Shown: positions 34,001 through 44,541, counted from the stretch's first letter. The stretch: DNA of 64,000 bases from an uncultured Chloroflexia bacterium (GCA_963713975.1 OY970218.1:2208001-2272000), one strand, 5' to 3'. The notes: generated by a model not told the origin, from the letters alone. Program-made: numbers and translations.

Positions 34001-36178
34001 TCAGCGCGCCGCCGCCTCCTCCGCGGCGTGATCCCTGGTCACCGTCACCGCATGGCGCAGCGAGAAGCGGCGCGACTCACCCGGGGCGATCGTGACCGGC
34101 CACGACACGAGGAGCGCGCTGCCCTGGTACACACGCTCGAACCCCGACTCCGAGTTGGAGATCGTCTCGATGGGACTCCACCAGGCGTCTGCCGCAGGCG
34201 TCGCGTTGGCGGCCACCTGGATCCCGACCCAGTCGTTGCCGAACCCGAAGCCGGCTGCCATCGGGGCCTGGCCTGACCCGTCGTGGGCTGAACGGCTGCC
34301 GGCCACGTCGTACCAGGCCGCCGGGTTGCCGCCGCCTCCGAGGAGGTGGAGGGACAGCTCCAGGCCCAGGCGCGTCTCCACGGGCTCGCTGCCCCGGTGC
34401 TCGATCACCAGCTCCATGCCCAGCTCCGGGTCCAGCCTGCCGCCGCCCAGCCGCGTGGTCCGCGTCACCGTGATGGGCTGACCCGCCACCATGCCCTCCC
34501 GCGTCAGCGTGATCGCCCCAGCCTCGCGGACCCGGACCGTGAACTCGCCGTCGCGGAAGTCGCCCAGCTCGGTGTCGGTCGCCGTGGCAAGCTCGTCGGG
34601 CGTCGTCAGCGGGGGCAGGAAGCGGACCAGTCCCGTGCGTCGCTCGTGATCGTCGTAGAACAGCCGTCCGGCAAGACCGGGCTCTCGGGCCGTGGCGATG
34701 TCGTGGATGGAGGCGATGCCACCGTGGGGGACGCCCGCGGCCCGATCCGCGCCCGCGGCCGCATCCGCGCCCGCGGCCGCATCCGCGCCCGCGCGCAGGG
34801 TCTCGTGGTAGGCCTCCGGGCGCCGTCGCATCACTGCCGCCAGCGCGTGGCGGGCAGCACGGATGTCCCAGCTGCCGATCGCGCCGCCCTCGGTCGGCTT
34901 GACCGTCACGATCTGTCCGCGCTCCTCCAGGATCGCCTCGGGCCGGCCGTCCATGTCAAGGTCCCGCATGTCGGCCACGCTCGGCCACCCGCGGAGCCCG
35001 TCCGCCGCGTCCTCGGCCGCTACCAGGTGCTCGTAGGTCGCGAGCCGCAAGTGGGAGATGTAGATCCCCCCGAACAGGCCGTGCCAGTAGCAGTCATTCG
35101 ACTGGCCGCGGTGCAGGTGGTCCTGGGCACGGGTCCGCTCCGGACCGTCCGACATCGCCGCGACCTTCCCGGAGGCTCGCAGCATCTGCTTGTGGAGGTC
35201 ATTGACCTCGCGGTACCTGACCTGGAAGTTGCGCCAGAACCCACCCCTCAGCCAGCGCGCCTGGGGCTCCTGCCTGGCCCGGGCATCCTGGATCACGTCG
35301 TGGAACACGACGGCCTCGGCCGGGGGCAGCGCCCACTCGCCCATCTCGGCGTACGAGGACGTGGGGAGATACACCCGCCCGATCGGCGCCTCCCGGTCCA
35401 GCCATTGCGACGGGGTCACGGTGGACAGCCAGGCAGCATTCTCGTCGAGCGCCTCGAAGAAGCGATCAACCCACCGGGCGTCGCCCCAGCAGTGCTCGTG
35501 TGTGGTCGGCCAGGCGCCGAACTTCTCGCCGTCGTCGCCCATCGTGCCCACCCGGCGGCCGTCCTCGGTCGCGTGCTCGCGCAGGTAGGCGATCACGTCC
35601 TCCACGGCGCCAAACGGGATTCGGTACCGCAGGCCCTGCTCGGTGCCGAAGACGGTGAGCAGGTGGCCCTGGTTCTCGGTGGTGTAGGCGCCCCAGAGGT
35701 TCGCCTCAGGGATCGAGGCCGCCCGGAAGTGCTGGTCATCCAGGACGGTCCACCGATACCCCGCCTGTACGAGCGCCGTGGGCAGGTCCGGCTCCCAGAC
35801 CCGCTCGGCAAGCCAAGCACCCTGGGGCCGTTGGCCCGTGATCCGCTCGAGCGTCGTCGCCATGCGCGTGAGCTGGTCCAGGCGATCCCGATCGGGAAGG
35901 GAGGCCAGTACGGGCTCGTACAGCCCGCCGCCGAGGAGCTCCACCTGTCCGCGGGCTGCCAGCGTGGCGAGCCGGGCAAGGAACTCGGGTCGCTCTGCAC
36001 CCAGCCACTCGAGGAGTGGTCCCGTGTAGTGGAGCGCCAGCCGGACGCCAGGGTGGCGCTCGAGCGCCTCGAGCATCGGGAGGTAGGCGCGATCGTAGAC
36101 GTCGGCGAACACCCAGCCGAAGTTGCCCACGGGCTGGTGGTTGTGGATGACAAGGGCCAGCGAGATGCGGGGTGCCAC
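34001..36178 (-). CDS. GH57 alpha-amylase / 4-alpha-glucanotransferase
   Basis: HNHQPVGNF, WLAERVWEP, DDGEKFG and QSNDCYWHGLFGG motifs. Confidence 0.93.
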   Translation of the reverse strand: MAPRISLALVIHNHQPVGNFGWVFADVYDRAYLPMLEALERHPGVRLALHYTGPLLEWLGAERPEFLARLATLAARGQVELLGGGLYEPVLASLPDRDRLDQLTRMATTLERITGQRPQGAWLAERVWEPDLPTALVQAGYRWTVLDDQHFRAASIPEANLWGAYTTENQGHLLTVFGTEQGLRYRIPFGAVEDVIAYLREHATEDGRRVGTMGDDGEKFGAWPTTHEHCWGDARWVDRFFEALDENAAWLSTVTPSQWLDREAPIGRVYLPTSSYAEMGEWALPPAEAVVFHDVIQDARARQEPQARWLRGGFWRNFQVRYREVNDLHKQMLRASGKVAAMSDGPERTRAQDHLHRGQSNDCYWHGLFGGIYISHLRLATYEHLVAAEDAADGLRGWPSVADMRDLDMDGRPEAILEERGQIVTVKPTEGGAIGSWDIRAARHALAAVMRRRPEAYHETLRAGADAAAGADAAAGADRAAGVPHGGIASIHDIATAREPGLAGRLFYDDHERRTGLVRFLPPLTTPDELATATDTELGDFRDGEFTVRVREAGAITLTREGMVAGQPITVTRTTRLGGGRLDPELGMELVIEHRGSEPVETRLGLELSLHLLGGGGNPAAWYDVAGSRSAHDGSGQAPMAAGFGFGNDWVGIQVAANATPAADAWWSPIETISNSESGFERVYQGSALLVSWPVTIAPGESRRFSLRHAVTVTRDHAAEEAAAR
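34733..34793. repeat. In-frame 18-bp tandem repeat (~3.4 copies)
   Basis: GCCCGCGGCCGCATCCGC units encoding AGADAA/AGADRA. Confidence 0.8.
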
Positions 36179-36232
36179 GATCCGGTCCTCAGGGTGGGGG
36201 GCGGGCGCCGGTTGACTGGCGGGTCCTGGAAC

Positions 36233-38419
36233 CTACTCCGTGCTGGCCTGCGGCGCAGGAGCGCCCACGCCGGCGGCCGGGAGATACAGCTCCTCCACGT
36301 ACTGGTGGAGCATCCGGGTGGTGGAGAAGCGCCAGATGATGCTCGCGATCGAGCTGCGCATGAGCTCCGCCCAGCGGGCCGGGAGTCCGTCCACATCGCG
36401 CTCGTAGTAGGCGGGAACGAGCTCCTGCTCAAGGATGCGGTACAGGTCCTGGGCATCGGACCAGTCCTGGGCACCTTCGTCCGGGTTCGTCTCGCGCCCG
36501 CCGATCGCCCAGCCGTTGTCCCCGGTGAAGCCCTCGTCCCACCAGCCGTCGAGGACGCTCACGTTGAGGACGCCGTTGACCCCGGCCTTCATGCCGGACG
36601 TGCCGGACGCCTCCAGGGGGCGTCGAGGGTTGTTGAGCCAGACATCCACGCCCTGCACGAGGAACCGCGCGATCCGGATGTCGTAGTCCTCGAGGATGAA
36701 CACCCGCCCCCGGAGCTTGGGGCTGCGTGACCGGCCGAAGATGTCCTGGATCACGCCCTGGCCCGGGCGATCCGCGGGGTGCGCCTTGCCGGCGAAGATG
36801 ACCTGGACGGGCCGGTCGGCGTCCCACAGGATCCGGGCGAGCCGGTCGAGGTCGCTGAACAGCAGGGTTGCGCGCTTGTAGGTCGCAAAGCGGCGCGCGA
36901 AGCCGATGGTCAGGATGCCCGGATCCAGGACCTCCTCGAGCTCCTCCAGGGTGGACGGTGCCTCGCCGTGCCGGGCGAACTGGCTGCGCAGGCGTCCTCG
37001 CGCGAAGATCGCGAGCTCCAGCTTCTGGCGCTGGTGCGCCTCCCACAGCTCGGCGGTGGGGAGCTGGGCCGTGCGCTCCCAGAAGCGGCGTTCGACGGGC
37101 TCGTCGTCCATGGTGTCGAGCGTCGCGTTCGCGTAGCGCTCCAGGGTGTCTCGCATCGGCTGGCCGACCCAGGTGGGCACGTGGACGCCGTTCGTGATCC
37201 CCAGGATCTCCTGGGGGGTGACGTCGTGCCAGATCTTGTTGGACACCTCGCCGTGGAGGTGGGACACCGCGTTGGCACCGTGGGTGAGGCGAAGCGAGAA
37301 CGCCGTCATGTCGAACTGCCCTGGATCACCCTCGACTCCGAGCCCGAGCGCAAGCAGCCGGTCGATGGGAACGCCCCCGGTGCCGGGTCGCCCGTCACCG
37401 CCGAACAGCGGGCTTGTGACTCGTCGCACGAGCTCCGTGTCGAACCGCTCGTTGCCGGCCGCCACCGGCGTGTGGACCGAGAACACGCTGTTGCGGCGGA
37501 CTCGCGACCAGGCGTCGTCGAGGGTCGCCCCTTCGGCCACGAGCTCCCGGGCCCGCTCGGCCAGCAGGAACGCCGAGTGCCCCTCGTTGAGATGCCAGAC
37601 CGCCGGATCCAGGCCGAGCTCACGCAGCGCACGCACGCCGCCGACGCCCAGCACCAGCTCCTGGTGGAGCCGCATCTCCCGGCCGCGCACGTACAGGATG
37701 TGCGTGATGTGCCGGTCCGAGTCGTCGTTGTCGGGAAGGTCCGTGTCCAGCAGGAGCACCGGCACCCGGCCCACCTGGGCCAGCCAGACGGCCGCGAACA
37801 GGTCCCGGCCGGGCAGCTGGATGCTCACCGTCAGCGGTTGACCCAGCTCGTCCAGGACCCGCAGGATCGGCAGCCGGCCCAGCTCGTAGTCGGGGTAGGC
37901 ATGCTCCTGGTGGCCGTCGGCGTCGATCGTCTGGCGGAAGAAGCCGCGGCGGTACATGAGGCCGACGCCCACCAGCGGGAGCGCCATGTCCGAGGCGGTC
38001 TTCATGTGGTCCCCGGCAAGCACGCCGAGACCCCCGGAGTAGATGCCCAGCGACTCGTGGAACCCGTATTCCGCGCAGAAGTATGCGATCGGCCCGTCCA
38101 GCTTCGTGCCGTGATGGCGCTGGAACCACTGGTCTGCGCCGTTGGCCATGTAGGCGTCGAAGTCGCGGAGGATGTCCTCGTACTCGGCCATGAACGCGGT
38201 GTTGTCCAGCAGCTGGGACCACGCGACCGGTCCGCTCAGGACGGGGATCGGGTTGCGATAGCGGGCCCACGCCCCCGCGTCAACGCGCGAGAACATGTTG
38301 CGGGCCCGGGGATGCCAGCTCCACCACATGTTGTAGGCGAGGCGTCGCAGGCCCTCGAGCTTCGGCGGCAGGGCGAACGGTGCGCCGGGCGCGGTCGGGA
38401 TGCGGAAATGGGGTTCCAT
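36233..38419 (-). CDS. glgP: alpha-glucan phosphorylase
   Basis: YSGGLGVLAGDH, HLNEGH, ITNGVH, GFARRFATYKR, EASGTSGMK; ATG at 38419. Confidence 0.96.
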   Translation of the reverse strand: MEPHFRIPTAPGAPFALPPKLEGLRRLAYNMWWSWHPRARNMFSRVDAGAWARYRNPIPVLSGPVAWSQLLDNTAFMAEYEDILRDFDAYMANGADQWFQRHHGTKLDGPIAYFCAEYGFHESLGIYSGGLGVLAGDHMKTASDMALPLVGVGLMYRRGFFRQTIDADGHQEHAYPDYELGRLPILRVLDELGQPLTVSIQLPGRDLFAAVWLAQVGRVPVLLLDTDLPDNDDSDRHITHILYVRGREMRLHQELVLGVGGVRALRELGLDPAVWHLNEGHSAFLLAERARELVAEGATLDDAWSRVRRNSVFSVHTPVAAGNERFDTELVRRVTSPLFGGDGRPGTGGVPIDRLLALGLGVEGDPGQFDMTAFSLRLTHGANAVSHLHGEVSNKIWHDVTPQEILGITNGVHVPTWVGQPMRDTLERYANATLDTMDDEPVERRFWERTAQLPTAELWEAHQRQKLELAIFARGRLRSQFARHGEAPSTLEELEEVLDPGILTIGFARRFATYKRATLLFSDLDRLARILWDADRPVQVIFAGKAHPADRPGQGVIQDIFGRSRSPKLRGRVFILEDYDIRIARFLVQGVDVWLNNPRRPLEASGTSGMKAGVNGVLNVSVLDGWWDEGFTGDNGWAIGGRETNPDEGAQDWSDAQDLYRILEQELVPAYYERDVDGLPARWAELMRSSIASIIWRFSTTRMLHQYVEELYLPAAGVGAPAPQASTE

Positions 38420-38578
38420 GAGTGGGAGATCATACGGGGCATCCCCCGGGCTCGCGAACCCGCCCGGTCTATGTGGCAGGCCTTGGACGACGGCGGCCCG
38501 GAGCATCCGTGCGACGGGCGTGCGAGAATCAGCCCCTCGTCCCGTCCCATCCGCGGCAGTCGCCGCCCGGAGGCCCCG

Positions 38579-38965
38579 ATGCCCAGGCAGTTCGTCGTCC
38601 AGGTCACAAACCAGCCCGGCCAGATGGCCAGTCTCGCAGAGCAGATGGCCGCGGCCAACGTGGACCTGCGGGCGATCGGCGGTGGCGGCCTCGGCGAGGT
38701 GGGCCACTTCATCATGACCACGGCCGACGACGATGCGGCCCGCAAGGTCCTCGAGGATGGTGGCTGGATGTTTCTGGAGGGGGAGTCGCTGCTGGCCGAG
38801 GTGGACGACCGCCCGGGCGGGATGGCCCGCATCGCGCGCGAGCTCGCCGACGCGGATGTGAACGTCCTGGGCCACCTGTTCATCGGTCGCTGGAGCGATC
38901 GCGCGACCTTCGCGTTCGTCGTGGACGACCCGGACAAGGCGCGCCCGATCCTGGAACGCCGCTAG
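38579..38965 (+). CDS. Tandem ACT domain protein
   Basis: NQPGQMASLAEQM..NV and DDRPGGMARIARELADADVNV; GGAGG SD. Confidence 0.85.
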   Translation: MPRQFVVQVTNQPGQMASLAEQMAAANVDLRAIGGGGLGEVGHFIMTTADDDAARKVLEDGGWMFLEGESLLAEVDDRPGGMARIARELADADVNVLGHLFIGRWSDRATFAFVVDDPDKARPILERR

Positions 38966-39002
38966 GAGTCCGGCGGGCGCAACCCGTCCAGGAGGCGTCG
39001 CG

Positions 39003-39893
39003 ATGAAGGTCGGGATCATCGTTCCCCAGGGCTGGACGGGCGAGTACGACGGCTGGGACGCGGCCCGAGCGTGGGCGCGCAGCGTCGCCATCGCCCATGA
39101 CGCGGAGATCCTGGGCTTCGACTCCCTGTGGATGTTCGACCACGTGCAGACGGAGCCCGTCCCCGTCGACGAGATCACCTTCGAGTCGTTCGTCGGCCTC
39201 AGTGCGCTTGCGGCAGAGACGGCCCGGGTGCGTCTCGGCCACCTGGTCATGTGTGCCGGCTACCGGAACCCGGCGCTTGTCGCCAAGATGATCTCGACCC
39301 TGGACGTGGTGTCGGGTGGGCGCGCGGAGCTCGGCCTGGGCGCGGGCTGGAAGGAGGACGAGTTCGTCGCCTACGGCTTCGGCTTCCCGCCGCTGCGGAC
39401 CCGGATGGAGAACCTCGAGGACACGCTCGAGATCGCGACCCGGATGCTTGGTGGGCAGCGCGCCACGTACGAGGGCCCGACCGCGCGCGTCCGCGACGCG
39501 ATCAACGTCCCGCGTGGCCTCCAGGAGCCGCGGATCCCGATCATGGTCGGCGGCAACGGGCCCAACCGGACCTGGCGCCTGGCCGCGCGCCACGCGGACG
39601 AGCTCAACCTCGACTGGTTCTCGCCGGAGGAGGTCATGGAGGCGCGGCCGGTCATCGACTCGCGTTGCGTGGAGATCGGCCGGGACCCGGCGACGCTCCG
39701 GCTCTCGGTCAACATCGGGCGGGACGACAGCGCTGTCGAAGGCGCTGCCCGCGTCGACCTGCTCAGGGGGTACGCCGACGCGGGCGTGGACCGGGTCATG
39801 ACGCTGCTCTCGGCGTCGGCGGACGATGACGGGGCACTGGAGCGGTTCGCCGAGGACTGCGTGGCGGCCGGCTGCGAGCTCGCGGGGGCCTGA
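39003..39893 (+). CDS. LLM-class (probably F420-dependent) oxidoreductase
   Basis: GFDSLWMFDH, YRNPALVAKM, SGGRAELGLGAGW motifs. Confidence 0.9.
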   Translation: MKVGIIVPQGWTGEYDGWDAARAWARSVAIAHDAEILGFDSLWMFDHVQTEPVPVDEITFESFVGLSALAAETARVRLGHLVMCAGYRNPALVAKMISTLDVVSGGRAELGLGAGWKEDEFVAYGFGFPPLRTRMENLEDTLEIATRMLGGQRATYEGPTARVRDAINVPRGLQEPRIPIMVGGNGPNRTWRLAARHADELNLDWFSPEEVMEARPVIDSRCVEIGRDPATLRLSVNIGRDDSAVEGAARVDLLRGYADAGVDRVMTLLSASADDDGALERFAEDCVAAGCELAGA

Positions 39894-40199
39894 GCCCGGC
39901 CGCGGTCGGCGCCCGGCAGCCCGGCCTCCGCGTACCGCACTGGCGGGCGCCCCCCGCATCCAGGTCCCCCGCACCCGCGTCCTGAGGACTGCCAGTCCTC
40001 TTTGCCCCGACTCGCGACGGCGCTCCGGGATTGGTAGTCCGGTTTCACGCCCCTACCGGCCTCGACGCACCCTGTTTCGGGCCGCCTTATGCGACTCCCA
40101 GTCCGTTCCCGGCGTCTCGCAACCGGTTTCCCGGGCCTGGCAGTCCTGCGAGGTCGCGATCGCGCCCCCCGCGACGTTGCGCCAGGGACGCCGGGTCCC

Positions 40200-40237
40200 T
40201 TGACATTCCACGATAGTACGTAATATATTACCTATCG
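40200..40237 (+). promoter_or_regulatory. Promoter with palindromic MarR-type operator
   Basis: TTGACA at 40200; perfect palindrome GTAATATATTAC at 40220-40231 flanked by CGATAG and CTATCG. Confidence 0.7.
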
Positions 40238-40251
40238 CGATAGACGACCTG

Positions 40252-40770
40252 ATGGACGACCCGATGGACGACGAACACCTCCAGGCTGCGTCGGACGCCT
40301 TCGGTGGCGTCTTCGTGGTCGTTGGCCACCTGACCCGGCTCACCGACGAGCGGCTGGCGGACTGGGGGCTGACCACCCGCCAGTGGCTGCTGCTGGCCGT
40401 GCTGACGCGGGGCTTCCCGGGCCGGGCGCCGTCCCTCACCCAGGCCGCGGCGGCGTACGGAAGCTCCAGGCAGAACGTGAAGCAGATCGCGATCGGGCTC
40501 GAGCGGCGCGGCTTCCTGCGCATGGTCCCCGACGCGCACGACGGACGGACCACGCGGCTCGCCGTGACCGGCAAGGTCGGCATCTTCGACGATCCGGACG
40601 GGCGTGCCCGCTCCCTGGACCTGCTCGCGACGGCGTTCGATGGCCTGACCCGCCACGAGGTGATCGCGCTGCAGGGTCTAGTCGGCCGCTGGCTGGCAGC
40701 CCTCACCGGTGCGACCGCCACCCGCACCGCCGACACGAATACGCGTCCCGGAAAGGCAGCTCACGCATGA
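40252..40770 (+). CDS. MarR family regulator
   Basis: GLTTRQWLLL..GSSRQNVKQIA..LERRGFL..D.R..RL..T..G. Confidence 0.88.
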   Translation: MDDPMDDEHLQAASDAFGGVFVVVGHLTRLTDERLADWGLTTRQWLLLAVLTRGFPGRAPSLTQAAAAYGSSRQNVKQIAIGLERRGFLRMVPDAHDGRTTRLAVTGKVGIFDDPDGRARSLDLLATAFDGLTRHEVIALQGLVGRWLAALTGATATRTADTNTRPGKAAHA

Positions 40771-41159
40771 TTCGGAGGCTCGGTGCCGTCATCCTGGCGG
40801 CCCACGGACTCATCCACCTGATCGGCTTCGTGGTCCCGTGGGGGCTCACGCAGGTCGACGGGTTCCCGTACCGCACCACCGCACTCGGCGGCGCAGTGAC
40901 CCTGGGCGAGCCCGGGGTTCGGCTGGTTGGCGTGCTCTGGCTGGCGCTCGCGATCGGGTTCGTCGTCGCCGGCATCGGCGCCTGGCGGGGTGATCCGTGG
41001 TGGGTGCCCCTCACGGCCGGGCTTGCCCTCGTCTCGATCGTGGTCTGCGCGTTGGGTCTCCCGGAGGCGGCCTTGGGCATGATGGTGAACGTGGGCATCC
41101 TCGCCGTGGTTGCCTGGGCCGCGATGGTCCGCCGGGACACGTCCCCGGCGCTCGGTTGA
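40767..41159 (+). CDS. Small membrane protein (HGLIHL motif)
   Basis: ATG overlaps the marR stop; about four hydrophobic helices. Confidence 0.75.
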   Translation: MIRRLGAVILAAHGLIHLIGFVVPWGLTQVDGFPYRTTALGGAVTLGEPGVRLVGVLWLALAIGFVVAGIGAWRGDPWWVPLTAGLALVSIVVCALGLPEAALGMMVNVGILAVVAWAAMVRRDTSPALG

Positions 41160-41188
41160 GCGGCATCACGGACGACGGAGGCAACGCG

Positions 41189-41983
41189 ATGGCGCAACGC
41201 TCGCTCGACCGGCGCTGGGAGGCCGCGGTGGCCGAAGAGCTCGCGGGCACCCAGCCCGCAACCGGCATGCCCCTGACCGAGGCCGATATCGCGGCCCTGC
41301 CGGCGCCTGTTCGACGCTACGTACGGGCATCGGGCGCCATCGGCCGCCCCCGATCGCGCAGCATGCGGCTCGACATGGACGCGGTCATGATCCGCAAGCC
41401 CGGCGGGCCGGGGATGGCCGCGACATCGAGTCAGGTCAATGTGTTCGACCGCCCAGCGCGCCTGTTCCTGATGAAGGCGCGGATGTTCGGGCTGCCGGTG
41501 CGGGCGCTCCACCTGTACCGCGGCGAGGACGCCACGTTCCAGGTCCGGGTCGCCTCCCTCGTCGACATGGTCAACGTGCGGGGCGAAGAGATCAGCTCGT
41601 CGGAGACGGTCACCGTCCTCAACGACATGTGTGCGTTCGCCCCAGGGGTGCTCACGGATCCGCGGCTGGCGTGGACGGGGCTCGACGATCGGTCGGTCGC
41701 CGTCACCTTCACCAACGGGAGCCGGCGGGTGACCGCCACGCTGGCGTTCAACGACCGCGACGAGCTGGTGGACTTCTGGTCCGACGATCGTCCGGAGGGC
41801 GGCGACGGGAACTTCGTCGCGGCCCGCTGGAACACGCCGCTGTCGGACTACCGCGTGATCGACGGCCTGCGGCTGCCCACCCGCGGGAGCGCCGTGTATG
41901 CCCGGCCGGACGGGCCGTTCACGTACGGCGAGTTCACCCTGCGCTCCATCGTCTACGACGTGACGGCGCCCGCTCTCTGGTAG
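41189..41983 (+). CDS. DUF6544-like protein
   Basis: LTEADIAALPAPVRRY, RLFLM, FWSDDR and WNTP motifs; GGAGG SD. Confidence 0.7.
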   Translation: MAQRSLDRRWEAAVAEELAGTQPATGMPLTEADIAALPAPVRRYVRASGAIGRPRSRSMRLDMDAVMIRKPGGPGMAATSSQVNVFDRPARLFLMKARMFGLPVRALHLYRGEDATFQVRVASLVDMVNVRGEEISSSETVTVLNDMCAFAPGVLTDPRLAWTGLDDRSVAVTFTNGSRRVTATLAFNDRDELVDFWSDDRPEGGDGNFVAARWNTPLSDYRVIDGLRLPTRGSAVYARPDGPFTYGEFTLRSIVYDVTAPALW

Positions 41984-42043
41984 CGGCAGCGGGCCCGACG
42001 TTGCTTCTGATGTATATGCCATGGGCAGAGGTATACTCCAGCG

Positions 42044-42256
42044 ATGAAGCGACTGCAGATCTACATCGAGGAAGAGTTGGACGACGCGCTGGCCTCCCGG
42101 GCTCGTCGCGCGCACACGTCCAAGGCGGCCCTGATCCGTGATGCCGTCCGCCGCTCGATCGGCGAGCCGGAACCCACGGTCGATCCGTTCCACGACTGGA
42201 TCGGAGGCAGCGATGCTGAGCCGGGATCCGTCGATGATGTCGTCTACGGCTCGTGA
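42044..42256 (+). CDS. RHH/CopG-type antitoxin (VapB-like)
   Basis: MKRLQIYIEEELDDALASRARRAHTSKAALIRDAV; coupled to a PIN gene. Confidence 0.85.
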   Translation: MKRLQIYIEEELDDALASRARRAHTSKAALIRDAVRRSIGEPEPTVDPFHDWIGGSDAEPGSVDDVVYGS

Positions 42257-42645
42257 GATTCGTCGACACCTCCTATTGGGTGGCGCTCCGGCTGCGGCGT
42301 GATGCCAACCACGAGGCCGCGGACCGCCTGTGGTCGCCCGGCAAGGCGCTCCTGACGACAAACCACGTCGTCGGCGAGACGTGGACGTTCCTGCGCCGTC
42401 GTGATGGGCACGCGTCGGCCGTCGCATTCCTCGACGCGGTCGAATCCGCGGACTGGCTCGCCGTTGTGCACGTCGACGAGGGGATCGAGCGTGAGGCGCG
42501 GGCCTGGCTCCGACGTCACGACGAGCGGGTCTACTCGTTCGTCGATGCCACGAGCTTCGTCGTCATGCGCCGGGAGCGGCTCGGGGAGGCATTGGCATTC
42601 GACGGCGACTTCAGCTCGGCTGGCTTCGTCGAGGTGCGACCCTAG
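42253..42645 (+). CDS. vapC: PIN-domain toxin (VapC family)
   Basis: FVDTS, E, SFVDATSFVVM and AFDGDF acidic PIN motifs. Confidence 0.9.
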   Translation: MRFVDTSYWVALRLRRDANHEAADRLWSPGKALLTTNHVVGETWTFLRRRDGHASAVAFLDAVESADWLAVVHVDEGIEREARAWLRRHDERVYSFVDATSFVVMRRERLGEALAFDGDFSSAGFVEVRP

Positions 42646-42696
42646 CCCCGAGCGTCGCGCGGACCTGCCGCGGCTAAGGGTCGCCTCGCCCGTACG

Positions 42697-44541
42697 TCAC
42701 GGCCGATCGGGCAGAAAGATCGCCCCGTCGTTGGGGTCGAAGACGATGTCCCCGCCCGTGCCACCGCTCCAGGTCAGGTACTCCGAGCCCGTCCAGATGC
42801 CGGCCGTGGACTCGCGTCCGCTGGAGTCCTGGAAGGGAGGTGCACGATGGGGTGCCTGGGGCAGTTGGAGACATCGGTCAGTCGCGGGATCGTAGGTCGC
42901 GGCGATCCCGAGGACCCGGGTGCCGGTCCACACGCCGTCGTCCGCGACGCGCGGGCAGGCCGTGACCTTGCGCCAGGCCCCGCTCAGCGGGTCGATCGCC
43001 CTCCCGGCCTCGAGAAAGTACACCGCGTCCGCCCCATCGACGGCGAGGATCCCCGCCTCCAGTGGCGCCAACGGGATCACGTTGCGATCCATCTCGGTCC
43101 ATGCGAGCGTGCCGGGGTCGAACACGGCTGCCCGGACCGGGGTCGAACCATCACCGGGCTCCACGACCACCAGCCGATCCCTCGCGACGGCCCAGGTCGG
43201 CGAGTGGAGCTCGATCGGCGGAGAGGGCGCCTCAGTCCACCGGTCGGTGGCGGGGTCGTAGGCCGCTGAGCCGGCGTCGGTGACGGCGACCAGCCGGCCG
43301 TTGATCATCCGCGCGAACGACACGGCCGAGGCCTGCAACGGCGCGGTGGGCAAGCGGCGCCAGTCGTCGGTCATGGGGTTGTACGCGGCGCCGTCGTGGC
43401 GCGCGGCCCCATCTGGTCTCTGTCCGCCCCAGACCAGGACCTCGGAGCCCGACCACTCGACCGAGGGGTTGAGCCGACCCTCGATGGGAGCCGGCGACGT
43501 CCGCCGCCAGGCATCGTTCTCCACGCCGTAGGCGAGCCCGTACCGGACCAGGTTGGGTTCGAACACGGTGTGCTGGGCGTCAGACTCGGCACCGCCCCAG
43601 ACGAACGCCTCGCTGCCGGTCCAGGTCATGCCGTGACCCCTCCGCCCGCCGGTCGGCGCGATCGTCTGCCGCCAGGCCCCGCGGTAGACGAAGTCGGGAG
43701 GGTCGACCTCACGGTACGAGGACACGACGAACTGCTCCCGGCACCAGGTGGGGTCAGGAGCGAAGCAGTTGGGCCAATCCTCGTCGAAGCGGCCCGTCAC
43801 CTCGACCCAGACACCGTCGGGCAAGCGCTGTCCCGCCGATGCGACAGGCAGCGGAAGCGCAGTCAGGAAATCGGGCGACCCGTCGGCCGAGAGCCATCGG
43901 GTGAGCCGCGAGACGTGGTACTCGCTGGCGATGACCGGGCCGAACGTCAGCTCGCGGTCACCGAAACAGACGAGCCGCTCGAAGGGCTGGAGCTGCGCGA
44001 CGTCAAGGATCGACGCAACCCTGTCCGGGCATGTCGGCTGGTACGGCGTGGATGCAGCCGCAAGGCCGTCCGAGGACACGGTCGCGAACGTCGTGTCGGG
44101 CGTGAGGCCGTGCTCGAGATTGCCCCAGTGCTGGATGACCACCTGTTCCGTGCCGTCCGGAAGGGTGCGTTCCTCAGCGACGTAGACGAGCTGCCCGGCG
44201 AGGCCCGGCGCGAAGTCCTCGGTGAGGCGCCGGATCTCTCCGGCCGTCAGCGGCTGCCCCGCCCACTCACTCGCTGCCGCCGTCCCCCTTGGTTGTGCGA
44301 GGGGCGCAGCCGATGGCGCCGTCACATTGTCGAGAGCGAGCGGCGCGCGCCCGACCGTGATCGCCGCGGTCACGATCACGACCGCGGCGGCGGCGGCGGC
44401 GAGGAACCGGATGCGCAACGAGGGACGCCGCGCACGATCGGGAAGGGCGATCGACACCGCCAGGTCGGGGGGTACCGGGGGCAGCCGACCGTAGTGCGTG
44501 CGGAGGCGTTCCTCGAGGTTCTCGTCTGGCTCGTTGGTCAC
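42697..44541 (-). CDS. Putative anti-sigma factor with extracytoplasmic Kelch-like repeats
   Basis: LEERLR N-terminus; one TM helix; repeated WTGSE..VWGG and AYNP/AYDP..W; coupled to an ECF sigma gene. Confidence 0.75.
   Translation of the reverse strand: MTNEPDENLEERLRTHYGRLPPVPPDLAVSIALPDRARRPSLRIRFLAAAAAAVVIVTAAITVGRAPLALDNVTAPSAAPLAQPRGTAAASEWAGQPLTAGEIRRLTEDFAPGLAGQLVYVAEERTLPDGTEQVVIQHWGNLEHGLTPDTTFATVSSDGLAAASTPYQPTCPDRVASILDVAQLQPFERLVCFGDRELTFGPVIASEYHVSRLTRWLSADGSPDFLTALPLPVASAGQRLPDGVWVEVTGRFDEDWPNCFAPDPTWCREQFVVSSYREVDPPDFVYRGAWRQTIAPTGGRRGHGMTWTGSEAFVWGGAESDAQHTVFEPNLVRYGLAYGVENDAWRRTSPAPIEGRLNPSVEWSGSEVLVWGGQRPDGAARHDGAAYNPMTDDWRRLPTAPLQASAVSFARMINGRLVAVTDAGSAAYDPATDRWTEAPSPPIELHSPTWAVARDRLVVVEPGDGSTPVRAAVFDPGTLAWTEMDRNVIPLAPLEAGILAVDGADAVYFLEAGRAIDPLSGAWRKVTACPRVADDGVWTGTRVLGIAATYDPATDRCLQLPQAPHRAPPFQDSSGRESTAGIWTGSEYLTWSGGTGGDIVFDPNDGAIFLPDRP

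Noticed and set aside
39894-42700. A further tRNA-Gly fragment or TIR marking the left end of the older island
   Set aside because: Searched by eye and found none; the boundary is unresolved
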